From Kiritimatiellia bacterium (lineage in GTDB: Bacteria; Verrucomicrobiota; Kiritimatiellia; RFP12; UBA1067), in contig JBMNFY010000015.1 of assembly GCA_050949565.1 (NCBI GenBank), forward strand, positions 32,001 through 96,000: 64,000 nucleotides of DNA, given 5' to 3'. The first letter of the stretch is position 1, and each line of letters begins with the position of its first letter. Below, piece after piece: positions 21,407 to 31,282 of the stretch. The position numbers were made by a program, and so were the translations under genes. Below the pieces are notes generated by a model. That model worked only from the letters and a program-made list of their open reading frames with translations. It was not told where the DNA came from and did no database searches.

Positions 21407-23211
21407 TCGCCATCCCTGCCTTGTTCGAGCACGACTTGAGGGTACAACTCGGACAAAAACGCTTCGAACCGTTCGATCCCCTCGGGCGAATCGAGCCCCG
21501 ACAACACATTCACCGCGATCATGACCCACCGGTTGATCCGGTTGTGGATCGAGCGGTCCCACACATCCAGCAGGATACGCTCGGCGTGCGAGCAACACTC
21601 GCGGTCATGACTCAAAAACCAGTATACCAAGCTCATGCGCGCCCCGCCAGAACGTTGCGCGTTGATCCGGCGCACCTCCAAACTCTTTCCGTCAGCCAAC
21701 TTAAGCGGCACGCGCGCCGCATCCAGCATCGCGAACCCCTGCGCGGGCAGGCACAACTCCGCGCGGTGGATGCTGTTGCGCTGCCGTCCCCCCACTACCA
21801 CGCTCACCGCATAGACCAGTCCGTCTGGCGACCGGTAATTCCGTTTGATGATCACGGTGTCCTTGGGCAGGTCACTCCACTCGCCCAGCGAAACCGACGC
21901 CATCTTCCCGCCGCACCTAGGACAAACAAAACCCTCTGCCCCGCGCTTTAGCGTCGACTCCTCTGCCATCGCTAAGCATTGCGGATCGTGGCAAAACCAC
22001 GGCGCCTCGCCCGCAAACTCACCCACACGCGCCGGCAACTCTGACGCCACACACGAGGAGGTGTCAAACACCGGCGGCGGCATCGACAGATTCGCCGCAA
22101 ACACCGCCAGCACCACCGCACACACCCCCACCACGATCCCTATTCCCCACCTATCACTTCGACATTCGGCGTTCGGCGTTCGGCGTTCTTCCCGTACAGG
22201 CTGTGAGGCTGTAAGGCTGTGAGGCTGTAAGGCTCTTTCCTTCTGAGTTCTGAGTTCTGAGTTCCGCGTTCCGCGTTTCGCGTCCTCACCACCACCTATT
22301 ACCTCCCCCCTATTACCTATTACCTCCTCCTTATTACTTATTACCTCACTACTTATTACCTCTCCCTTCTTCCTTCTCCCCTTAATCCATTCTCCCGCCT
22401 GCACCATCAGCAGCACGCCCACCAGAAACACCACATATCCAGAGTAGTCATGATAGTACCCGGTGGCCACCTGCTGCCCGAACCACGCGGCCACTACGCA
22501 GATCGACATGATACGCACCATGTTGCCGATCATCGCGATCGGCAGCGAGCAGGCGAAGAGCAGCCACTTGCGCCATGTTTCCCGCAACGTAAAATGGGCA
22601 TATGCCGCCGTGAGAGCCATCATCGCGAACAGCGAGCGGATACCGCTACACGGATCCGCCACATCTACATTGAACTCGGCACCGGGCACCCGCGAATAGA
22701 GCGCCGTACCCGACCGCTCCACCGCCAGCCCCACACCGTTCAGCAGGCCAGTCGCGAGCGACGTCGAAAAGATACGTAGATGGATCGTGAAAAAATCGAG
22801 GAAAGACGACACCGGGATCGTGAAGCACAGAAACGCCGCCGGAAAGCGCATCAGCCGCTCTACGCCGCGTCCCCAGAAGGCGTACGGCAACGCCCACACC
22901 AGACCGATGAACGACACCTGCTCCATGCGCGACTGCCCGCCACGCCCGCCGAACCAGGCAATCACCAGAAAAACCATCACCCATGCCACGCCCACCAGAC
23001 TCGGCGCCCCCGCCGCCGCCCGTAGCGCGTCGCGCTGCCGCCACAGCACCGCCAAGCTGACGAACGGCACCAGCCAGCCATGCGACATGTCCTCGATTGG
23101 AGACGCGAACATCACCATCGTGAAGTCGAACATGTAGCGGTAGTTGAACACCGCCGCCACTGCGATCAGCGCCAACGCCGCCCACCGTATCCAGTTGAGC
23201 CGCTTCGTCAC
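21403..23211 (-). CDS. Exosortase fused to EpsI-like domain
   Basis: SHGWLVP, VADPCSGIRSL (catalytic C), NMVRI (R), YYHDYSG (H); C-terminal SIHRAELCLPAQG and YWF of EpsI. Confidence 0.9.
   Translation of the reverse strand: MTKRLNWIRWAALALIAVAAVFNYRYMFDFTMVMFASPIEDMSHGWLVPFVSLAVLWRQRDALRAAAGAPSLVGVAWVMVFLVIAWFGGRGGQSRMEQVSFIGLVWALPYAFWGRGVERLMRFPAAFLCFTIPVSSFLDFFTIHLRIFSTSLATGLLNGVGLAVERSGTALYSRVPGAEFNVDVADPCSGIRSLFAMMALTAAYAHFTLRETWRKWLLFACSLPIAMIGNMVRIMSICVVAAWFGQQVATGYYHDYSGYVVFLVGVLLMVQAGEWIKGRRKKGEVISSEVISNKEEVIGNRGEVIGGGEDAKRGTRNSELRTQKERALQPHSLTASQPVREERRTPNAECRSDRWGIGIVVGVCAVVLAVFAANLSMPPPVFDTSSCVASELPARVGEFAGEAPWFCHDPQCLAMAEESTLKRGAEGFVCPRCGGKMASVSLGEWSDLPKDTVIIKRNYRSPDGLVYAVSVVVGGRQRNSIHRAELCLPAQGFAMLDAARVPLKLADGKSLEVRRINAQRSGGARMSLVYWFLSHDRECCSHAERILLDVWDRSIHNRINRWVMIAVNVLSGLDSPEGIERFEAFLSELYPQVVLEQGRDGE
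22163..22365. repeat. In-frame mosaic of short repeats within the exosortase-EpsI linker
   Basis: GTTCGGC x3, GGCTGTRA x4, TTCTGAG x3, GTTCCGC x2, TATTACY x6. Confidence 0.85.
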
Positions 23212-25412
23212 GCGCCCTCCTTCCCAACTTCAACGTTCGGCGTTCGGCGTCCTGAGTTCTGCGTTCTCGGGCAAGCGGACGCTTGACCCTCCCGTTTCCC
23301 CACTTCTGAGTTCTGAGTTCTGAGTTCAGCGTTCGGCGTTCTCCCCTCCCCAACTTCAACGTTCGGCGTTCGGCGTCCTGAGTTCTGCGTTCTCGGGCAA
23401 GCGGACGCTTGACCCTCCCGTTTCCCCACTTCTGAGTTCTGAGTTCTGAGTTCAGCGTTCGGCGTTCTCCCCTCCCCAACTTCAACGTTCGGCGTTCGGC
23501 GTCCTGAGTTCTGCGTTCTCCCCTCACCCTCGCCACCGTCCGTCACACTTGCCACCACCCACTCGCGCAATACCGTACGCACCTCCTCTGCCGTCGCACT
23601 GTCCCGTTCCCCCACCAACTGCCGACACGCCGCCAGCATCGCCGCTGTCTGGTCACTGTCCGCAGCCGTATCCTTGCTCACGAAAATCCGCGCGTGCCCG
23701 GTCTTATACGCCGACCGCTCGCTCACGTCCAACTCTTCAAACAGCTTCTCGCCCGGCCGGATGCCGGTGAAAACAATCGGCACATCCTGATACGGGCGCA
23801 GCCCAGAGAGCGCAATCATCCCCTCCGCCAGTTCCACGATCTTCACCGGTTCGCCCATGTCGAGCACAAAGATCTCGCCGCCCTGGGCCAGCGCCGCCGC
23901 CTGCAAAACCAGCGCGACCGCCTCGGCGATCGTCATGAAGTAGCGCTGCATTTCCGGATGCGTCACGGTCACCGCCTCGCCGCGACGAATCTGCTCGCGG
24001 AAGAGCGGCACGACCGACCCCGAAGAGTCCAGCACATTGCCGAACCGAACCGCAGAAAACCGCGTGACCCCGCGTTCGTTCAGCGCCTGCAACGCACGCT
24101 CCGCGAGCCGCTTGCTCATCCCCATCACCGAGACCGGCCGCACCGCCTTGTCGGTCGAAATAAACACAAAACGCTCCACGCCGCACGCCACCGCCAGTTC
24201 GCCCAGCGCGCGCGTCGCCAGCACATTGTTCTTCACGGCTTCAACCGGATTCTGCTCCATCAGCGGCACATGCTTATGCGCCGCGGCATGCACGACGATC
24301 TGCGGCGCGTGCGTGCGGAAAATCGTTTCCATGCGCGCGCGGTCGCCGACATCCGCCAGCAATGCCGTCACCGGCGTCGCAGCCCCGCGCTTGCGGATTT
24401 CGCGCTCAATCTGGTACAGCGCATTCTCGCAACGCTCCACCAGCACCAAACTCGACGGCCCGGCGCGCAGGATCTGGCGCGCCAGTTCGCTGCCGATCGA
24501 CCCGCCGGCACCAGTCACCAGCACCCGCTTCTGCCCCAACAACTCCACCACCGCACGGCTATCGAGCGACGTCTCCTCGCGCCCCAGCAGGTCTGCGACC
24601 GCCACGTTGCGGATGTTCGATGCGGTCAGGCTGCCTTCGATCAATTCGTAATATCCCGGCACAATACGCGCTGGCACATGCGCCTGCTCACACAGCCGCA
24701 CCACGCGCCGGATCACATCGCGCGGCACCCGCACCATTGAGACGATCACCTCATCCACTGCATGCCGCCGCACCAGCGCGGGCAACTCATCGATGCTCCC
24801 CAGCACGGGAAAGCCTTGGATGCGCGCATGGCGCTTGGCCGGATCGTCATCTAGAAAGCCGACCACCACCTGCCGTCGCGTCCCCTGACGCCGCAGTTCG
24901 CGCGCCACCAAGTCGCCAGCCGCGCCTGCCCCCACCAGCAGCACCCGTCGCGCACGACCGTCCAGGACGCCGCCCCGGGCATGCGAGGCGCCTTCAGCCA
25001 CCAGGCGCCCCAACATCCGCACCCCGATCAGGCCACCCGTAACCAAGAAACTGTTGAGGAAGGTGATGCTATAGGGCGGGCGCAACCCCATCTGGTGCGG
25101 CAGCACCACCCGCAGTACCAACAACACGATGGTTGAAGCACCGATCGCGCCCACGAACCGTGGCACATCGCTCGCACTTACGTAACGCCACAGCATCCGA
25201 TTGCAACCGAACAGTTCCAATGCCACGCACTGCACCGCCCACACCGTTACGAACGACACCGCCACCTGGCCCCAACCCCACCACGGCTCCTGAAACTCAA
25301 AGCGCAACAGGAACGCCGTCAGGTACGCCAGCGCCATCACCGCCGTATCTACCGCATGGACGCCTACCCTGACAGCCCAGACGCCAAACTGCTCTTTCCA
25401 CTTCCCAACCAT
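23208..25412 (-). CDS. PglF/CapD-type nucleoside-diphosphate sugar 4,6-dehydratase
   Basis: LVTGAGGSIGSEL, HAAAHKHVP, ISTDKAV, VRFGNVLDSSGSV, RYFMTI, GIRPGEKLFEEL. Confidence 0.95.
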   Translation of the reverse strand: MVGKWKEQFGVWAVRVGVHAVDTAVMALAYLTAFLLRFEFQEPWWGWGQVAVSFVTVWAVQCVALELFGCNRMLWRYVSASDVPRFVGAIGASTIVLLVLRVVLPHQMGLRPPYSITFLNSFLVTGGLIGVRMLGRLVAEGASHARGGVLDGRARRVLLVGAGAAGDLVARELRRQGTRRQVVVGFLDDDPAKRHARIQGFPVLGSIDELPALVRRHAVDEVIVSMVRVPRDVIRRVVRLCEQAHVPARIVPGYYELIEGSLTASNIRNVAVADLLGREETSLDSRAVVELLGQKRVLVTGAGGSIGSELARQILRAGPSSLVLVERCENALYQIEREIRKRGAATPVTALLADVGDRARMETIFRTHAPQIVVHAAAHKHVPLMEQNPVEAVKNNVLATRALGELAVACGVERFVFISTDKAVRPVSVMGMSKRLAERALQALNERGVTRFSAVRFGNVLDSSGSVVPLFREQIRRGEAVTVTHPEMQRYFMTIAEAVALVLQAAALAQGGEIFVLDMGEPVKIVELAEGMIALSGLRPYQDVPIVFTGIRPGEKLFEELDVSERSAYKTGHARIFVSKDTAADSDQTAAMLAACRQLVGERDSATAEEVRTVLREWVVASVTDGGEGEGRTQNSGRRTPNVEVGEGRTPNAELRTQNSEVGKREGQASACPRTQNSGRRTPNVEVGEGRTPNAELRTQNSEVGKREGQASACPRTQNSGRRTPNVEVGKEGA
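23222..23520. repeat. 126-bp tandem repeat (about 2.4 copies) in the PglF 3' end
   Basis: CAACTTCAACG unit starts at 23225, 23351 and 23477; built from heptamers and one REP-like palindrome GGGCAAGCGGACGCTTGACCCTCC. Confidence 0.92.
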
Positions 25413-25597
25413 GACGTGTCCATCATTTAAGCAGATCGGCCCCTTTGAGAACAGCCTTGATTGTGAAACATGAACGATAAACAAGTGCAACCGCTGGTTG
25501 CACAAAGAACTTCGCGTCTCCGTGCCTTCGCATGAAAAAACAGAACAAGGACGAGTAGACGCTCGTCATCTCATCACCTTGGCGGTTCTAAAAATAC

Positions 25598-27388
25598 TCA
25601 CCGCTCGTCAAAAACCGGCAGTTGCGCTGAACCGAGATCGAAGCCGAAGGTACGGCTCTTCAACGAGAGCACAGGCGGTGCCTGCAAACGTTTGGCTCGC
25701 GCCAGACCGTTGTAGAGCCGCCACATGCGTGTCAGGTCGTTGCGGAATGATGCCTCATCCGGGAAGAGCGCGCGCAGGTCGTCCGGGTATCCGGTGATCT
25801 CCCCCACCGTGCCTGCGGCATACCCGCGCACCAGTTCATCGACCGTCACCGGCACCGGACGCTCTGTCCAAGCGGCGAACAGCCGGTCGTGCCAAGCGTA
25901 GACCAACGGATCGCCCTTGCCTTCGTCCACATTCTGCGCCGAACTCAGCTCCGCCGAGGGCACGATCGTGATCGAACCTTGGGGAATCATCTCACTGCCG
26001 AACACCTCGGCGTTGTAGCAACGCGCAAGTTCCCAGATTTCGCTCTTCCACAGATCACCCAGCGCCGCGAAGAAACCGGCGTTATCACCGTACATCGTGC
26101 CGTACCCGATGGTGCTTTCCGATTTGTTGGTATTGCAGGTGAAGACCCCGCCGAACGCACTGGACATCGCCGCGAGCACGCGCCCCGAACGGTCGCGCGC
26201 CTGCACGTTCTCAACGGCGAGATCAGAGAGCACCAACGCACGCTTCTCGCCGCCGGGGCGCTCGCAGACGCAGCCTTCGATCTGCCGCTTCGTCAGTTCC
26301 ACACTTTCTTGAATCGGAATCTCGGTATAGTAGCAGCCCAAGTTGGCGGCCAGACGGCGCGCGAGGCCGATCGTAGTGCCCGAGCTGTAGCGGCTGGGCA
26401 TATTCACCAGTAGCAGATTCTCCGGCCCCACAACGCATCTGTACAACGCGGCCGCCAGCGCGGAATCGATGCCCCCGGAAGCGCCCACCACCACCCGGCG
26501 CAACCCTAGCCGCTCAAGTTGCAGACGGCAGGCGCGCTCCATCACGTCGATCACCACGCGCGGCGCGGTGTGGTCCGCCTGCGCGACGGTGCTGTCCGAC
26601 GGCATCGTAAGATCCAGCGTCGCCTCGCGCAACAGCGGCGCGTGCTGTACGCGTCCGTCCGGCCAGCGCACCTGCGTGCCGCCCGCCAGCGCGAACAGCA
26701 CCTTGCCGGCGTCGACCACGCCAGTACCGCAACAGCAGGCGGCCGGCACGTCGTCGGCAACCGGCGCGTCGCCCAGCGGCTGATCGCGCGTGTACGGGCG
26801 CGTGTCGAGGCGCAGCAACAGGTCGGCGTCCTGTCGCACCGCGTTGCAGCCGTTCGGCAGCGCCTGACCGCACCACGCCGCGACCGTCATTCCGCTCAGC
26901 GTGAAAGGCGCGAAGAGCGCGGGCAGGGGCACGCCCTCCATCGCCGCCACCGCGCCGGCGCACAGCAGACCCGACACGCCATCAAAGCGGTTCTGCGGCG
27001 AGAGGAGTTTCGGCACGAACGGCAGCGGCGACCCGGCAGGCGCTACACGCCGACCGTCTTCAGCCGCCACCGCCGCGCCGACCAGCCGCCCGCGGTAGGA
27101 GACCACCGTCCCCAAGATCACAGCCAGCCCTTGCGAGGCTTCGACGATACGCGCGAGACCGCGTTCGCACGCCCGCAGGCGGGAGCCGTCGAGCCATTCC
27201 GGACCAGCCAGAAAACCGCTCAGAGCCCACTCTGGGAAGACGGTCACACGTATGCCGTCCGCCCGAGCCTGCGCCATCGCAGCCAGTATCACCTCGGTGT
27301 TGGCACCGGGATCACCCTGGCGGACCAGCATCTGATGCAGCCGCACACGACCTTGGGTTAAAGCATCCATAATCAAAATGCGCGACAA
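25598..27388 (-). CDS. nadE: NAD+ synthetase with N-terminal nitrilase-like domain
   Basis: VFPE, SGGIDSA, ENVQARDR, NKSE..GYGTMYGD, PSAEL. Confidence 0.93.
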   Translation of the reverse strand: MSRILIMDALTQGRVRLHQMLVRQGDPGANTEVILAAMAQARADGIRVTVFPEWALSGFLAGPEWLDGSRLRACERGLARIVEASQGLAVILGTVVSYRGRLVGAAVAAEDGRRVAPAGSPLPFVPKLLSPQNRFDGVSGLLCAGAVAAMEGVPLPALFAPFTLSGMTVAAWCGQALPNGCNAVRQDADLLLRLDTRPYTRDQPLGDAPVADDVPAACCCGTGVVDAGKVLFALAGGTQVRWPDGRVQHAPLLREATLDLTMPSDSTVAQADHTAPRVVIDVMERACRLQLERLGLRRVVVGASGGIDSALAAALYRCVVGPENLLLVNMPSRYSSGTTIGLARRLAANLGCYYTEIPIQESVELTKRQIEGCVCERPGGEKRALVLSDLAVENVQARDRSGRVLAAMSSAFGGVFTCNTNKSESTIGYGTMYGDNAGFFAALGDLWKSEIWELARCYNAEVFGSEMIPQGSITIVPSAELSSAQNVDEGKGDPLVYAWHDRLFAAWTERPVPVTVDELVRGYAAGTVGEITGYPDDLRALFPDEASFRNDLTRMWRLYNGLARAKRLQAPPVLSLKSRTFGFDLGSAQLPVFDER

Positions 27389-27393
27389 AGCGC

Positions 27394-28473
27394 TCAGCGT
27401 TGGACGCGGGCGTTACCCTTCCAGACGCTCCAGACCTGATCCTCGTCCGCCGGCAGAGCGTAGTCCACCAGCATCGTCGTGGCCAGCGCACCGGTCGCCC
27501 AGGCGAACTGGATCCACTTCTCCGACGGCCACCCCTTGAGGATGGCGTAGAGCATGCCGCCGACGAACCCATCGCCGCCGCCGATACGGTCCAAAACCGC
27601 AATCGGGCGCGGTTCCACCACATGCCACGCCGAGCCGACCGACATCAGCGCACCCCAATGGTGGGCGTTGGCATGATCGACCTCACGCAGCGTCGTACCG
27701 TAGACCTGCGCGTTGGGGAAGGTCTTTTTGACCGCCTCGATCATGCCCTTAAAGCCGTCGATCTTGGCCTTGATGTCCTTGCCGCCCGCTTCAGGCCCCT
27801 TCACGCCGAGGCAGAGTTGGAAATCCTCCTCGTTGCCCACAAGGATGTCCGTAACGCTGGCGATCTCGGTAAAGATATCCCTGAGTTCCTTTTCGCGCCC
27901 TTTCCAGAACGTTGCGCGATGGTTGAGGTCAAACGAGATCTTGGTGCCGTGCTTTTTAGCGGCGCGCGCCAGTTCAAGGCAGAAGGTACCGGTCTCGGGC
28001 GAGAGCGCGCCGATCAGGCCGGAAAGATGCATGATCTGCACACCTTCCTGACCGAAGATACGGTCTAGATCGAAATCCTTGACGTTAAGAGTGCGCCCCA
28101 CCTCGCCAGCGCGGTCATTCCAGACACGCGGGCCGCGCGCGCCCATTCCGCTGTCGGCAATGTTGATCTGATGACGATACCCCCACGGGCCACCCTGATC
28201 GACTTCAACGCCTTCGTAATCCATGTGGCGGCTGCGCAGATCGTCCTTGATGAGCTGGGCGATCGGACTGCCCTTCACAAAGGTGGTCAGCACCTTGACC
28301 GGCATGCCCAGATAGGACGCCACGCTGGCGACGTTGGTTTCGGCACTGGTCACATGCATCATAAAATTCCCGCCGCAATGCACCGGCTGCCCGTTGAACG
28401 GCGTGATGCGGATACCCATGCTCGTGGGAACCAACAGCGCGTACTTGCAATCCTTTTTCAACTCAAGCGACAT
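27394..28473 (-). CDS. kdgK: PfkB family sugar kinase (2-keto-3-deoxygluconate kinase-like)
   Basis: AETNVA, SFDLNHR, GNEED, DRIGGGDGF. Confidence 0.8.
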   Translation of the reverse strand: MSLELKKDCKYALLVPTSMGIRITPFNGQPVHCGGNFMMHVTSAETNVASVASYLGMPVKVLTTFVKGSPIAQLIKDDLRSRHMDYEGVEVDQGGPWGYRHQINIADSGMGARGPRVWNDRAGEVGRTLNVKDFDLDRIFGQEGVQIMHLSGLIGALSPETGTFCLELARAAKKHGTKISFDLNHRATFWKGREKELRDIFTEIASVTDILVGNEEDFQLCLGVKGPEAGGKDIKAKIDGFKGMIEAVKKTFPNAQVYGTTLREVDHANAHHWGALMSVGSAWHVVEPRPIAVLDRIGGGDGFVGGMLYAILKGWPSEKWIQFAWATGALATTMLVDYALPADEDQVWSVWKGNARVQR

Positions 28474-28623
28474 AACACCCTCCTTCTTTCGATAAAACCA
28501 AGCATATCGGCGATAGAATCGCCTCCCATACCGACTTAAGCATGGATAATTCGAGAGCATACCCCACCCCACCATTTGAAGTCAAGGATTGCGCTTGAGC
28601 ACTTGAGCGGCGGATGCATGAAA

Positions 28624-29358
28624 CTACTCCAGATCGTACAGGCGATTGTCCTCCGAAAGAAAACCACAGCCTTTCGCAGGAGTGCCATATGCCTCCGTCG
28701 AGGTGTAGCGCTTCCTCAGTGACTCGCAATGTCCGTCTGCGAATCCGACATTGGTACATCCGCGGTGTCGGAAACCCTGCGTCCCTCCGAGAGCCAACGA
28801 CGCATCCGCGTCTAAAGGGCCCGCGAAAGGCGATCGCATGAATTTGTTGGCCCCGCTTTCATACTCCCCGTCACCGAACATGGCACATTCGGCGGGGTTT
28901 TTGATGTCTAACAGTTTGGCTGACTCAGTCGAGTGGGAAAGCTTGACGCCTTTTCGGATTAACGTCGTTCCTCCCAAGTAACTCGAATTATAGTTATATC
29001 CTGTGAACACATCGCCCTTCCACATAGAGGCGCCCTTGAATACTGGACACTGTTGCACGCGTTGCTGGAAATTCGAACCCCACAAGAACGACTCCCAAGT
29101 CACGGTCGTTCTCGTAGTGAAATCCCGCACATATGCGGGAGGAAGTTTCCCGTTGTTCAAGTGTGCGTACTGGTGAGCGGCATACACCATTTCTCTGAGG
29201 TTGTTTAGGCAACAAATCTTCCATGCCTCTTCACGAACCTGTTGAAAAGAGGGGATCAGCACGGCCATCAATAGCGAGGCAATGAAAATAACGCACAGCA
29301 GTTCCCACAACGTAAAACCCGTTGTGCGCCGCTGTTCAAACAAGTCTTCACTCGTCAT
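28624..29358 (-). CDS. Prepilin-type N-terminal cleavage/methylation protein with H-X9-DG motif (DUF1559-like pseudopilin)
   Basis: RRTTG|FTLWELLCVIFIASLLMAVLIPS...C.NNL; C-terminal FRHRGCTNVGFADGH. Confidence 0.92.
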   Translation of the reverse strand: MTSEDLFEQRRTTGFTLWELLCVIFIASLLMAVLIPSFQQVREEAWKICCLNNLREMVYAAHQYAHLNNGKLPPAYVRDFTTRTTVTWESFLWGSNFQQRVQQCPVFKGASMWKGDVFTGYNYNSSYLGGTTLIRKGVKLSHSTESAKLLDIKNPAECAMFGDGEYESGANKFMRSPFAGPLDADASLALGGTQGFRHRGCTNVGFADGHCESLRKRYTSTEAYGTPAKGCGFLSEDNRLYDLE

Positions 29359-31162
29359 GTCGAACTCGCAGCCTCATAAATCCCTTGCAACCTGTGATAG
29401 GTGCTTCTGACACCACAGGCCGCACGCCGTTTGTCGGGGGTGACGTGGCAACCTCCATCCACACGCCATTGGTGCTCCATACCGGTGCGGCAAGATCATC
29501 CGCCCGTACGATCTCGATAGCCACGTCGGGCGCGTTCGTCGCCACCGCGTACCGGAAACGGAACACGTTCGGCGCGTCAGGAGGACGGATGTCCACGGCA
29601 TACTCCGCAGAAAAAACCGCGTTAGTCGGATCGCGTCCCAGCCCATATTCCATCAGGTTGGCATGACCGTCGCCGTCCGCGTCAGCGATGTCTGTCTCGT
29701 TGGTAGGTGCTGTCATCCACGAAAAGTGCGCGTTGCGCCACAGATCGTATGGCGCAGCCGGCGAGACGTCCGCGACCGCATCCACCTCCGGGTTCACGGC
29801 ACCGCTTCGTTCCACACGAACGTACTTGATCCATTTGAGCCCGTTTGCGTCATCGGTCGGCAGCGCGAAACCGCCGATGTCAAATCCCGTGCCACCCGCG
29901 CTACCGCGATAACGTTCAGAAATCTCTGCTACCGTCATTTGGAGCCAGTCCGACGGCGCAATCGAGGGATCGACTGGCACCGTGGGGTCGGTCGCACCGC
30001 CCCACCATTGGTTCCATGTTCCAAGCGAGGTCGCCACAACGTTCGTGTCGTAGACGCGGCCCAGCGTCGGCGCGAAGTCGTCGGCACCCCTGTCGTTTTC
30101 TCCGGACGGATAGGCGTACCAGGTTACCCCGTCTTGGCTGACAGAGACCTTGCCCTTTTCGACGAAAGCCGAGCCACCGTTGCGGGTCAGATTCGGATCA
30201 CCGTTAGACCAGCCTTCCCCCCCGCCAATAACCTGAAAGCTGTTTCCAAAAACAATGAAGTCAACGCCGTACGGATTGGCTGGATTGTCATAGACGCGGT
30301 GGTCAAAGGCGAGCGTCAACGAACCGCCCTTGCCAATCGTGACCATCTCATGGGAACGAAACGCCGGATAGACGGGCACCACCGGAGCCGGCTCGTCGAG
30401 CGGAATGTACCAGTCGTCACCCGTGGTGTCGACCGTAGGCCGGCCGAGCGCTGTGGTGGGATCAGTGTAGGGGTCGCCGGATATCCAGTCGTAATAGGAA
30501 CCAGAACCTTGGACATAACTCTCGACTGATGCAGCAAAGGGATAGCTGAGCGCGGCAGCGGGAAACCCCGGACGGCGCATGCCGCCTTCCACGCTCAGGC
30601 TCCATGCGTCCCAAGAACCGTCGCTTAACGGATACGTTTCCATGCCCGCGTCGCCAGCGACGAAGTTGGTGGCGGCGTAGACCGTTTGCCCGCCGCACCG
30701 CCAATGACTCCATGTGCCCGCGAGGCAAACGTCACCTGTGTGATCCCATGTGTACGCGGTCCAGCGAACATCGTGCGCACCGGTTTCGGGCAGGATGTCG
30801 CCGCTCCGCGTCGGACGGCGGTATTCGATTCCCCAGACCCGCGTGCCGCCGCCGGTTGTCGTCTCGAAGCCCGTCAGACCGGAGTCGGCACCGGTTACGG
30901 CGCGCCACAGATCGAGCGCCGTGGCGGTTCCGCTCCAGCGGAAACCCCACGCCAGCGCGTGGGGCCGCGTACCGTCATGCCAATCGACCACAAGCGCCGA
31001 GCGGTTCGTTCCCGAACCGCACCAGTGTTCAATGTCGTCCAATGAAAATCCGAAGGCGGCATGCTGCGCGGCTCCCGCCGCGCAGAACGCCAGCGCAACC
31101 CCGGCAACGGACGCGCGTCCAGCCGGCCAACGTTTTATCCATCGCATCACATGCAGGGTCAT
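29348..31162 (-). CDS. Secreted surface protein, putative cobalamin-binding (BtuH-like domain)
   Basis: Signal peptide; IEHWCGSG..ALVVDW..AWGFRW N-domain; GGSLTLAFDH..NP.NPYGVDFIVFGNSF...GGTGFDI...WIKYVRV; DADGDGHANLMEY motif; lies under B12 riboswitches. Confidence 0.6.
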   Translation of the reverse strand: MTLHVMRWIKRWPAGRASVAGVALAFCAAGAAQHAAFGFSLDDIEHWCGSGTNRSALVVDWHDGTRPHALAWGFRWSGTATALDLWRAVTGADSGLTGFETTTGGGTRVWGIEYRRPTRSGDILPETGAHDVRWTAYTWDHTGDVCLAGTWSHWRCGGQTVYAATNFVAGDAGMETYPLSDGSWDAWSLSVEGGMRRPGFPAAALSYPFAASVESYVQGSGSYYDWISGDPYTDPTTALGRPTVDTTGDDWYIPLDEPAPVVPVYPAFRSHEMVTIGKGGSLTLAFDHRVYDNPANPYGVDFIVFGNSFQVIGGGEGWSNGDPNLTRNGGSAFVEKGKVSVSQDGVTWYAYPSGENDRGADDFAPTLGRVYDTNVVATSLGTWNQWWGGATDPTVPVDPSIAPSDWLQMTVAEISERYRGSAGGTGFDIGGFALPTDDANGLKWIKYVRVERSGAVNPEVDAVADVSPAAPYDLWRNAHFSWMTAPTNETDIADADGDGHANLMEYGLGRDPTNAVFSAEYAVDIRPPDAPNVFRFRYAVATNAPDVAIEIVRADDLAAPVWSTNGVWMEVATSPPTNGVRPVVSEAPITGCKGFMRLRVRHDE

Positions 31163-31173
31163 CGCAACCTCCG

Positions 31174-31272
31174 AGGCTCTTGCAAAACCTCTCGTGGCAT
31201 GGGCGTCCCGCCCATGAAACACGGGCAAGATGCCCGTGCCACACCTGTAGGCAAGGGGTTTTGCAAGAGCCT
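31174..31272. mobile_element. MITE-like element with perfect 16-bp terminal inverted repeats enclosing a REP pair
   Basis: AGGCTCTTGCAAAACC ... GGTTTTGCAAGAGCCT; internal GTGGCATGGGCGTCCCGCCCATG and CACGGGCAAGATGCCCGTGCCAC. Confidence 0.8.
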
Positions 31273-31282
31273 TCTCCTTAAA

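Noticed and set aside
23222-23520. Possible CRISPR array
   Set aside because: Units repeat in full with no unique spacers, lie inside a CDS, and no cas genes are present
22646-23536. 296-aa repeat-rich ORF
   Set aside because: Alternative-frame translation of the 126-bp repeat overlapping two real genes
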